A stretch of 54,072 bases of DNA, taken from contig DF237523.1 in assembly GCA_000708835.1 (NCBI GenBank), forward strand, positions 4,252 through 58,323. Reading direction: 5' to 3'. Position numbers and translations under genes: made by a program. The notes under the pieces were generated by a model that ran no database searches, was not told the origin of the DNA, and was given only the letters and a program-made list of their open reading frames with translations. Below, one piece after another: positions 12,603-23,181 of this stretch (its first letter is position 1; every line of letters starts with the position of its first letter). Source of the DNA: Klebsormidium nitens. Lineage: Eukaryota > Plantae > Klebsormidiophyceae.

Positions 12603-14284
12603 ATGGAAGCGAGTTTATTCGGCTGAGGACGGTTGGCCAGCGGCTCATTCTCCTTCCAAATTCACGTGCATACTGCGATGCAAGGTGGAGGGAAATGGGT
12701 TTGCGCAATGACAGTGGCCGGGGTCAGCCGGTTGGAGCCAGGCGCCGCGGCTGCTCAATCTTCCGGTCGAGCCCTTCATACGGTCTTTGTGACCCCATTA
12801 TATCCGTGCCTGAGCATTAGTACGTTATCTGGCTGGACCTGTACGTCATTGTGCTGCCAAGATTCGATGATCATTAAGAAGCTTTTCTACTATATTGCAC
12901 GTACTATGGTCTGACATGTACGACTCGGCACGCATGTGACGTCAGTCTAGCTAACTAGTACCTACATGTGCAGTCGTGCCGTTCATGCAATATTAGAATG
13001 ACTGCCCGCATACTATAAAGCCGCCGCGTGGCAGCTGGCAGGGTCGGAACTGCTCAGTCTCGATGATATTGTACTCGAGCCTGCCATGCAGCCGCAGCAC
13101 ATATAGGGCCGCGCTTTTGTATATCTCGTCAGATCATCAACGGAAATCATTAGGTTCGCATATCGTGAACCCTGCATGCAATTCCGGCGGCCCCGCTGGC
13201 CGGGCTATCCGGTCTAATATTCCTAAGCCTGGAAACCAGGTCCCCAACTTCGACTTGCCGTGCCCTGAGTCTGGCAAATGAACTATAGAGGGCGTCATCA
13301 TGGCATCCACTAGTGCACCCTATCTCCAGATCGCAACCCGTCCCCATCAGTGCATGCGGGTCACGGTCCTCATGCATGCACCTGATTATACCACCACCTT
13401 CCGACAAGTTTTACGAGCGTGCAGTACGCGCGGGTGAATGAGCTTGCCCGGCCTTGATCTGCAACTTTGTTGCCACCGGCCAATTGCATTTGACAAAATA
13501 TCATCCAAACATGCGCAAGATCTGATACGCGTACGGTGCCTGAGCTACGATCGCACGCAAATTGATCAGCCATGCTGATTTCGACCGTTGATAAAGGGCA
13601 ACGTACAATCTGTGCGGCCCCCGCGCAGCTGCCTTGCCTGGCCGTCAGCACTTTTTAATACGCCGATCCGTCATGATCAATGCAATCGGATTCTGTTTGA
13701 ACTCTGCCACTTGCTCTCTCGACTCTGGTTTAGGCAGACCTTAGTACTACGGCTAACGCCCATGCATCGAAGCTCGGCAGCAGGACCGATGCACGAAGGT
13801 TGATTGCTGACGTGCAGCCTCATGATGATGTTGTGTGCTTGCCCCGTGCCAATTCGACTCTTTTCGAGACTGACGAGACTCTAAATCAGCCAAGAAATCA
13901 GAGCTGGCAGGAGAATTTTGGCACGGGTTGGCTGGAAGAATCACATGTGCCACGCGAAAGGGGCTATACGAGCTTTCATGATTCTTGCCGCGTACTACAG
14001 GTAGCTCCTGCAAGCCGAACCAAGCCGAACCGAAAGTTTCAAGTCCTCGTGACAAGTTGCAGATGCAGCCGTGGTTAGAAAGCGGCGATTGAGGACCTTA
14101 TAGTAGTGACTTCTTCGTGGCGTCTGGTGAAGTTTCAACAGCTGGACTTGAGCATCGGGTAAAGTGAGAAGGAGGAGTGCGCTTTGGGGGCACAAAAAGA
14201 GTGCTCGTACGAGCTCACTTTTGTTTACATCTGTGCGGGCAGCTCATCAGCTCTCAAGCTCTTGATTCAGACGCTGCTGACAGA

Positions 14285-17200
14285 ATGGCGACCGCTTTGA
14301 AGACGACGCTTCTCGTCCTCCTCACACTATGCGCTCTGGTGAGGTCATGTTTCTCTGCGGACCGTTTGCATTGATCAAGAATGAGGAGCTTTTGGTTAGG
14401 TTCCTTTTTCTGCCTCCTTAACAAGGAACTTCTGATTAGGTCCCCTTTTCTGCCTCCTTAGAGAGCTTCTGGGTCTGAAAAGGATTCTTCATTTTAACAT
14501 CGAGATTCTAGGTGCCCAGTGTCTCTACGGGTAGTGCATGCAGTGCATGGCAGACAATACCCGAACGCGGCCCTTCCATTCCTGCTTGGGTTTGATACCC
14601 GTGCAAGTTCCAAAGACTCTATCAATAGTTCCTACCATCATAGTTGACCCCGAAGTGCTGGCATGGATTGTTCAAATCGACGGTCGTTCTCTCCGCATTG
14701 TGCGAAGTCATCGGTATCCTTCCAGACTCGTTAATATGCAGTTCAGTAGCTAAGAATGCATGCTCATCCAGAATCGGTTTTCATGTCCAGAGCGTGTTGC
14801 ATCATGTTCTTCGCCATCGAGGTCTTAAGAAGCTTGGCTGTCTTTTTGGCTTGCCAGATTCAAAGCTCGCAAACTCCGCAAACGGGAAAGTGTGGATCGT
14901 CATGTTTTCTTTTCGTTGATACAGATAATAAGCCTCCTGAGCGACTAACACTAAGATTCCAGTTGCGTCTTCTCCATTACTCTTGAAGAAGTCGCCCTTT
15001 GTTGCTCTTTGTCAACAACCTCTGTTTCACCGGTTCCAGAAATGTATCTGAAGCCGCCAGTCTTAGAGATACAGGCGATCGAAACCCGCTCATGTCTCCT
15101 AAAGGTCGCCGCTCAAGCTCTCCCGAGGAAAACTCTCCACCGAGAGAAGGACCTCGAAGTCGGGAAAGCGAGCGCCGAAATTCTGTCCAGCTACGGAGGC
15201 CCCTGCCCAGATGGTCGTGCGGCGGACTTCTTGCCCTTGATGGATCCTCTCAGTGAGCAAATCTGATCTCTGCGAACCGTTTCCATTCCATCCGTCGGCC
15301 TTCAGTGTTTCGATCTTCTTGAAGCTTTCTGAACTTACGCTCAGATCGGTCGTGAGTTTGTTACCCGTACCCTCAATCTCGACTCGCAGGTCTTCGGGGT
15401 ATGGACCGCAGCTTGTAGGGATGCTTTGACCCGTCATCGATGAACTAGCTAAGCTCGATAACCAAAGAGGACTGCAACAGTGAAGATTTGCGGAAATTAC
15501 TTCAACTTTGTTCTGTTTCCAACATCTGTTTTCTGTCAGGAGTTCGGTCATTCAGAGCTGCTTCTTACCTTGTGCGAAGGTTCAGGGTTACTCCGGCTTC
15601 AAAACGCCCTCTTATGTCCTCATTATGACCGTCCGTTTCTCTAGTCTTATGCCGAAAATGAATCCGACGATGTTCTGAAATCGACCGCTCCTACATGTTG
15701 GCCGCAGTAAGGAAACACTTCAACTGCTAACACGTTGAGGTGTGCCGGTAACCTGGAACGGCGTCGCTCAACGAATGGCTCGATCTTTCTTCGCCTCCAT
15801 TTTAAACTTGAGACTCAAGCTCAACCAGGGAAAGCGATCAAGCCTTGGATACCAAATCAGTTCTGTGATCTCCTCGTAATAATTTGAATGCCTTTTCCGC
15901 AGGGCTGCTGATCGCCGTTTCTTAGAAGCTGCCCGGCTGAAAACGTCAACGCATTACGGCTCCTCCTCAAGCAAAAAGTCAATGGACGCCGTGAATCCAC
16001 ATCATGCAGAAAATTAACGAAACGTTAGTCATTGAACTCGTCAGCTTCTTCGCAGAGCGGCCTCCGTTCCTCTAACCGCGTACCCTTCTGAAGCTTCTCT
16101 GTCCGCCACCCCCCCGCACTTCACGAAAAATTCTCCATTTAAGACAATCGCACCCCTGCCTTCGTTGATGCGCTCCAGTCTTTTCTTCTTAACACTCTCG
16201 CTCTCTTTTCGCAGCTCTCCCTTACCGACCGCCTCGACGGGGCCGCGACGTGCCCCCCCCCGGTACCCCCCCGGTGCCCCCCGGGCCACACCGCGTGCTT
16301 CCTCGCCGACCGGTCCGCGCACTTCTGCTGCAAGCGACCGGGCACATGCCCTTGCCACCCCCCCGAAACGTTAGCCGACGCGGGCTGCATCGTCAAGCCC
16401 GGGGAACCGGTTCGCAGCCCCGAGGGGCCGTCTCTGCTGTACGTCTGGGCGGGCCCTAGGGAGTGGAAAGGAAATGACTTTCTAGCGGTCTTTGAGTTAG
16501 ACCCCCGGAACGAGAACTACGGGAAGCTGCTGTGCGTGAGCGAGATAGACACGTCGGGAAATGAGGCGCATCACATGGGGTTATCGGCGGACCGGAAAAC
16601 GCTGATCGTGGGGGGGCTGTTTAGCATGATAAAGAAGCAGCCCGACGTCTACTTCTTCAACGTATCGGCGAACGCCACGTGTCCGCCGTACGTTGGTTCC
16701 CTGGACGTGCCAGACGCCTCGGCCGCTGATGATTGGAAGCCGCTCCCCGAGGGGGGGTTCGTGGGCACTATGATGGGCTCCGCTAACGGGTCGACCCCCG
16801 GGGGGGTGGTGAAGTTTTCGGGGGGGACGCCGGATAGTTACGAGGGAGTCTTCCCGCAGCGGGGGGGACAGTTCGTGGGCGCGGAAGAATGAACCCCCAC
16901 GGAATCGACATTAGGCCGGAAGCGGATCTGATGGTGACAACCGACTACATGGAACCGGCGTCTGCGCTCGTGCTGGGACCGACCGGGGGGATCCCCCGAG
17001 GGCGAACCACTGTGCGCATGTGGAAGCTTTCGACGATGGAGATCACGCAGACGATCAACGTGACGAAAGTGACCGGGAGGACGCACCGCGGCAACTACAC
17101 CGGCTTCATGGACGTGAAGTTCATCCCGGGGGATCCCTCTGGGCGGTCCTTCGCGAACGGGGGCGGCGTGATCTACCTCATCGACCCGGTAGCCGGGACG

Positions 17201-17887
17201 GCGGAACCGACCTACGTCTTCGCTTCGCCTGAAGTGGTACGTCTGGCTCGCTTGGCACATTCCTCGGAATTTTGCACTCTATTGAGCCAGAATGAAGGGT
17301 CATCGTGGCTGGATGGCCTAACCTGAAGGAAATGAGTTTTGCAGCAATCGATCGGAATTAATGGTAGCCGAATGGGAGCCGAGTAGTAGTTCAGACTACT
17401 GGGCTTGGAATGAACAAACTTCGCAACTTATGCGCTTACTATATAAGGTGAGCCAGGAATGGGCCCACAAACATAGAACAAACATCGAGTTGCCAACGCG
17501 CTTTTGCAGGGTCCGTGCGTTCTGGCGATAAGCGCGGACGGAACGCGCCTCTGGGGCACGCTCAACACGTGGGGCCAGGTCTACATGTTCGACGCGAGCC
17601 GCCCAGAAAAGCTCGCCGTTCTAGATGTCCTCGAGCTGGGCCCGTTCTCTGGGCCACATTTCATGCTGCTGCTAGAGCCCAAAGAAGATCGTATCGTCGT
17701 CGCAAATTACTTCATTCAAATGCCGCCGGACATGGGGGTGATCGCCCCGCCTGCGGATTACAAGGTTAGGGTCGCTAACCTGACCGAGAACGGGACGCGC
17801 ATGGTGCTGGACGAAGGGTTCGACGTGGACTTCGATAACCTGCCGGGGGTGCCGCCGTCTAACCCGCATGGGTTAGCGTACTTGTAA
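14285..17887 (+). CDS. Secreted SBP56/methanethiol-oxidase-like beta-propeller protein with Cys-rich N-terminal module; 3 exons, ~484 aa if the 1-nt frameshift near 16861-16889 is corrected
   Basis: Exons 14285-14338 (MATALKTTLLVLLTLCAL, phase 0), 16215-17236 and 17510-17887. Motifs LLYVWAG..DFLAV.ELDP...YGK, GNEAHHMG, MNPHGI, DVKFIPG, GPHF, NPHG. Exon 2 is 1022 nt, one short of a codon multiple. Confidence 0.8.
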
Positions 17888-18952
17888 GTAGGTGCCAGAG
17901 TGCTAACATCAGTGAGTCAGGTTTTGGTGCCGTAAGGTCATGCAGGATAAAGGTCGGTAACAAGCGAAGCGCTGCCGCCGCGCGTTTGAGTGTACCTTTG
18001 AAAGACTCAGCGGGAGGTCATCGACCTTGTCAAGCTAAGATGCTGTAGTACAGCGCTAGATTCATCATCTGCAGGACGGTGGGCTTCGGTTAGTCTCACA
18101 TTTCTAGCCTAGCAGGGCGGGTCTTGGCTTTCGAGCTCTAAGACGTAGTTATGAAAGCTTGCACTGTGAGCGCGTACGTGGGCGCCCCTGCATGGCAGGT
18201 CGGCCGATGGGCCGCCCGGCAGCCATAATATGTTTGTGATCGATATATATCAATCAACGAGGCATCATGTGAATAGCGCGCAATTAGGTTTCTAGGTTCA
18301 CTGTATATGCTGACTCCCGGCTTCAAGGCTTGTGCACTTTGCACAGAAGTGATGCATATGACTCTGCGAGGATCGACGGGCCGCACTGCGGCAGCCTGAG
18401 AGTCGCGGCATCTTGTAGTCCTGCCAAGTTGGCGAACCTCGGAAAGGGTTGTTCCCAGATGCCGGCGAGCGCTCAAGTGTGCGCCGGGCAGCAGTAGAAC
18501 ACAACACGTGCATCCGCAATTCCAGGGCTGCTGCAAGATCCGCCACGCAAACTCATGAATTTTCATATGCAGAGAGATAGTGCATGCATCACGCATATGG
18601 ATTTGAGATGTTTTGCCGCTATCCCGGTCGGAGTCCAACTTGCATGGGCCGCGCCAGCCAGTGTGACAAATCACGTGTGCGGACAAGACCTGCCGCCGTG
18701 CTTGATCGAGGTCCCGCGATTAACTTGCCATGGTTTGACGGCCCGGGTTACTACTTGAGAACGTCATGGAATGTTGTCAAGGACTATACTCGTCGAAACA
18801 ACTTGCTCCTGTTGAAACAGGTGCTCTCAATCTAATATCCAAATCAATGTACCTTGAAACTACGACTCCATGACCGTGACACCCAGCAATAGCCGAGCCA
18901 GGGAAGTGACCAAGGACCTGCGCACATTGATAGACTATCGTCTTGCATCTAG

Positions 18953-21900
18953 TTAACTTAGTACGAGTTCTTTCTGACGAGCAACAGCAGCCGTCTCGTC
19001 GGCGCCCTCGAAAAGACTGCTTCGGGCACGTAACCAGTCCTCAAACCTTGTTGGTTGCACCCCTAACAAAGGAAGATCTGACTTTACGTCTGCTAGCTTC
19101 CCCGTGAGGAAGTACAACCTGAGCCAGTCGTAGAAACCCCGTACTTGCCACTCGGGCATCTTTTTCAATGATAGAGCGTCCTGCATCAGAACACGCACAA
19201 AATGAGTGGGAGCTTGAAACCACGAGACTTCTCATGACGAGACCACTGGCGCGGCTGCTAGACCAAAATTGAAGGCATCTCTGATAAGGGCACACGGGAG
19301 CTGGACACAACATGCGGCCAAAGATGAGCTTCCACGATCGACGTGTCGAAAGTTTTTCTTTCACAAGGGGCTGCCGCAAACAAATTGTCTCGGGGAGAAA
19401 CATATCGCAAAAATATCCCCGAGAAAGTGGAAACTGGTTGTTCAGATCGTTGGAGAACTAATTGCACATGCAGCAAGTCTGGACTTTTGTATTCGATCAA
19501 TCCTCCCATAACTTTGATTTGATGACGCAAGTGATCTCCATTTGACGGCCAATCTTAAATACTCCACTTTCAAAGACACGCTGACGAGGACGTTTACAAT
19601 GTGCTAAGCGTCGCTTCGACGTCTCAGCTTTGCTTTCCGACAACAGACTGCTCGTGCAGAGCTAACGGGTCCACGGAAACCAGCATCCATCCGCCAATCA
19701 TCTCATGCATAAGCGAGAACTCTGCGAAGCGCGTGTGGGCTAACGACTCAATCGCCTCCAAAACTCCAGCAGACGTTCTCTGTAAACAATCAGTCAATAT
19801 TTTGAAACCACAGCCTTTTCAGACGCTTCGTATCCAGTAAAAACCTTCAACCCGACTCCACACGACGGTTTTTCGACAATTTCCGTAAACAGTCGCGAAT
19901 GTCGCGCAGCAGCTCCCCTCTGTCGACTTCTCACCTGCCTCCACTTCTCCAAGCCGTAGTCCACAAACTGCACTTGCCGTCCCAATACGTTCGAAAAAGC
20001 AGCCGCCATATTGTCCGGTCCGATAGCCGCCGGACCCACGATGCGATACGACCGGTCGAAGTGCCGGTCGTCATCGCATGCCAGAACGGAGGCAGCGGCC
20101 GCGCCGATGTCATGAACGGCGACCGCAGGGGAGCGCCCGCCGCGACCGGTGCCGTACATTCGGCTCTCGGAAGCGATCGTTATTTTGTGCTGCAGAGAGA
20201 CAGGCGGCAACTTGAAAATTGAGATCGTGAATTGGCCAACGAGTCTACCCTCCAACAAAGGAAGCCACTGTTCGGAAGACGGCTAGTGCCATACATTCGG
20301 CTCTCGGAAGCGATCGTGGCTCTGTGCTGCAAAGGGGAGGTAGCCGCAGCTGGTGAAAAGGGCGAGATCTGTGTAGGGAATTGGGTCTCGGAAGCGATTG
20401 TGGGTCTGCTGTGAGTCGACGGGCGGCAACTCTAGAATTGAGTTCGCGGGAGGGGCGGCGTGTCTACTGGCAAGGAGAAGAGCGTGGCAGATCGATCTCG
20501 GACAGGGCGGAAGGCATTTCAAAGAACGGGTGATGGGAAAGGAGGCTCGTGGTGAAAGAGGACGGTGGTGAGTCGACTGCCGGCAATTCAGAATCTACTC
20601 GGGAAAGGGTTGCAGAAATCGAGTCCGCGATGAAGCACGATAGTGAGTGCTTAACAGACGAGGAGTGCTTGGACGTCGCCCTAATCACAACAGCCGTTTC
20701 CTGACACGTTCCCATTCAACGAGCTACTTCTGAAGGCCGCTACAAAAACGTAAAACAGCGGTCACAATCGATTCAGGTACTTGCATTTACTCGACAGAAA
20801 GAGGAGCGGATGTGGAACAGCAATTTGCCGCGGCCCTACATGTGATCGCTGACCGGCAATATCACCACTGACTGCAAGCTGTTCTTGGAAAGCACACGAA
20901 CTTGATCTGCGGTGAACGCACGAAACACAAGCTCGGTTTTTGAGGCCCACCTGAAGGACGTTTTCCATGAAGTCCACGCATTGCAGCTGTGTCCATTTGA
21001 GCCCAAGAACTTGTGCATGCCGCTTCGTAGCCTGCCAGTGCTGGTGCATCACACAGACCTCGTCTTCTTGGAACACCCTGCACAAGAAGGAGAGTGGAAG
21101 TCAGTTCTGAAGCTCCAGCTTATGCTGCGGACTTCCACATGTCTATTCGCTGATGTTCCTGCCAGTGCGACCTCGTCCTCTTGGAACACCCTGCACCAGC
21201 AACGGAAAGTCACTTGCATGAGCTGTCATCTGACTTCTGCCGTTGACTACGGAGTGGCATCATCCATATTGAGAGCGAGTTCGATTTTGACAGGTCTAAT
21301 GACTGAAAGTTTGGGTTGCATAAGCTTCAAAACATCCATGGAATAGGGACGTTGACTGCAAGGATGACTTACTCTTGTAACAGAGCTCCAGTCTCAAAAG
21401 AAAGAAACGCCTGTCAGTGCAATTTTCTACCGCGCATCTCAGATTTTCAGAATCGGGGCCTAAAGAGTGGTGCAGACAATGTCCAAAGGCTTGGTTGAGA
21501 GTGGCTCCCTGGAGAAGGGTCGACAGGATTCAGAAACTGTTTGAAGGTCTTGCCTTGCATTCACTTTTTAAACCTGATACCGAACAAGCGCGGCCTTTCA
21601 ACTTGAGTTCCTGACTGAAGATCCAAATGCTTCACTATCCTTGCCAGAACTACCGTTGGATTGGATACTACAATGTGTTTCAAGCCGACTTACCCACCTA
21701 TGAGCACAACGTGCTTCACCCCACACCGCTGCGCGCTGCCCATGAGCAAGTTCACCGCTTCCACTCTGTTCTCCAGCTTGGGCGCAACAATGAAACATCG
21801 CTCCACCCCGCGAAAGGCCGCCTCGTGCGTCTCACGCAGAAACGCGTCCACTCCTTCGATGATTTCCAGGTTTTGAAATGATCTAAGTTCATCACTCTGG

Positions 21901-22027
21901 CTGAGACTACGCGCGGCAGCCCTGATTCTAACTTTGTCGGGGTGGTGAGCTAAGAGCGACTCAATTGTAGCTCTGCCGACTTGGCTGGTAGCGGGGATGA
22001 TGGCTACCAGCGGCGGTGTCTTTGCGC
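18953..22027 (-). CDS. NmrA-like atypical SDR (NAD(P)-binding Rossmann fold); 5' end not resolved
   Basis: Exons 22027-21694, 21077-20951, 20189-19935, 19180-18953, frame-consistent. VAIIPATSQVGRAT, AAFRGVERCFIVAP, GVKHVVLIG, VAVHDIGAAAASVL, YRIVGP, FSNVLGRQVQF, PTRFEDWL. First (ATG) exon not identified. Confidence 0.85.
20291..20595 (-). repeat. Degenerate duplicates of the acceptor and exon start of NmrA exon 20189-19935
   Basis: Copy at 20291-20330 (offset 137), third copy 20386-20442 and partial fourth 20565-20595. They share TCTCGGAAGCGAT and/or GGCGGCAACT..AATTGAG with the true boundary. Confidence 0.85.
21158..21215 (-). repeat. Degenerate duplicate of the acceptor and exon start of NmrA exon 21077-20951
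   Basis: GTGCAG|GGTGTTCCAAGAGGACGAGGTC-GCACTGGCAGG versus true GTGCAG|GGTGTTCCAAGAAGACGAGGTC(14 nt)GCACTGGCAGG; offset 113 nt. Confidence 0.9.
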
Positions 22028-22465
22028 CTTGAACCAGAAGAGAAGATACTATCAGTGAAATTTCAACAGAGGACCAAATTTGGCTAGAACTGAGGCTCTG
22101 AGGGCGTAGGTTTGAGAGGTGCTGAAGATGTGCCGACGGGGAATGCATCCAAGCATCATCTTCAAAGTGGGCTCCCTATCCCAGGCCCTCCTTGCAGAGT
22201 CAGCATATCCCATTTCCATAGGGATAATACGCAATGCCTTGAATCACGAAGCCAAGGCAGACAATTTCATGCCGCGAAGGACTGGAAAAGGGACAAGGCA
22301 GACAGTTCCATAGGCGGAGCTTCTGAAAAAGGCGCTTATCTATCAACGTTCGAGCTGGCAAAATTCATGCAGAGTCCTCACCGCCTGCAAAGACCAATGT
22401 TCTTTCAAGATCAGAGGGCCAGCGAGACAATGCCGTCAAGAGACAGCGCCATGTGCAAGTATGAA

Positions 22466-22477
22466 GGTTTAGGGTTT
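22466..22477 (-). promoter_or_regulatory. Telo-box-like motif AAACCCTAAACC in the NmrA/RPL35 divergent region
   Basis: GGTTTAGGGTTT on + strand ~700 bp upstream of the RPL35 ATG; site-II-like TGGGCC at 22542-22547. Confidence 0.3.
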
Positions 22478-23181
22478 CAGCAGCTTGACCGCACCTTCCA
22501 AAGATTCTGGTGCTCCACTGCTTTCAAGCCCTGCATTCATGTGGGCCATCGGTGCCACACCGAGCTACTCAGGATCAGATGTGAAACGTCTCAGTCTTGA
22601 AGCTGGTACTCATCAAGCGCGCATGTCCTGCATTTCCATCGGACCCTCCTGGTCTCTGCTGGCTCGACGTGCCGCACAATGCTGTGACCCAACACTCGCG
22701 AGAAACCACCAAAACCTTCCCGGAGCAAACCTTTCTACCGTATAAAAGCCGCCAAGAGCGCATTGCCATAATACATGTACCCAAAAGGACTCGGAGCCTT
22801 TTGGTCGTCCAACAACCAATTCTGAGTTGAACTTGCATGAAGTTATTCTGCGCAAGTACGTGCTCTGCACGTCCCCATGTGAAGCTTCCCTCCGGCACAA
22901 GGCCTGCGTCTCTAGCAGCGGTTTGTTCGACGTCGAAAGCAGAGTCCCTCATTTGCTCCTCCTCGCTTCGTCAAGTCGTCAAAGTCTCGGGGCCTTGTAC
23001 GTCAGAAGTTGTGCCTTTCGTCACGTGCAGACGAGGTCAGCCAGCGCAGCGTGTAGCAAGCTCAGCGGGCAAGGCAAAGGGCCAGAGCATTGAGCAAGAA
23101 GGCGCACCGAAAAGGAGGTTATATTTCTGGGGGCAGGGCGCTGCGGCTAAGCTTGACCACCAGGACCATCAGGGAGGCCCA

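Noticed and set aside
14396-14460. Two-copy ~25-bp direct repeat in the MTO-like intron 1
   Set aside because: Real but trivial; it does not include exon sequence or a splice site.
19601-19790. AG-bounded open frame in the last NmrA intron
   Set aside because: Exons 20189-19935 and 19180-18953 join into a complete NmrA fold without it.
22575-22952. ORF MRDSAFDVEQ... as first NmrA exon
   Set aside because: Its GT donor is phase 0 but the 22027 exon needs phase 1; no linking exon found.
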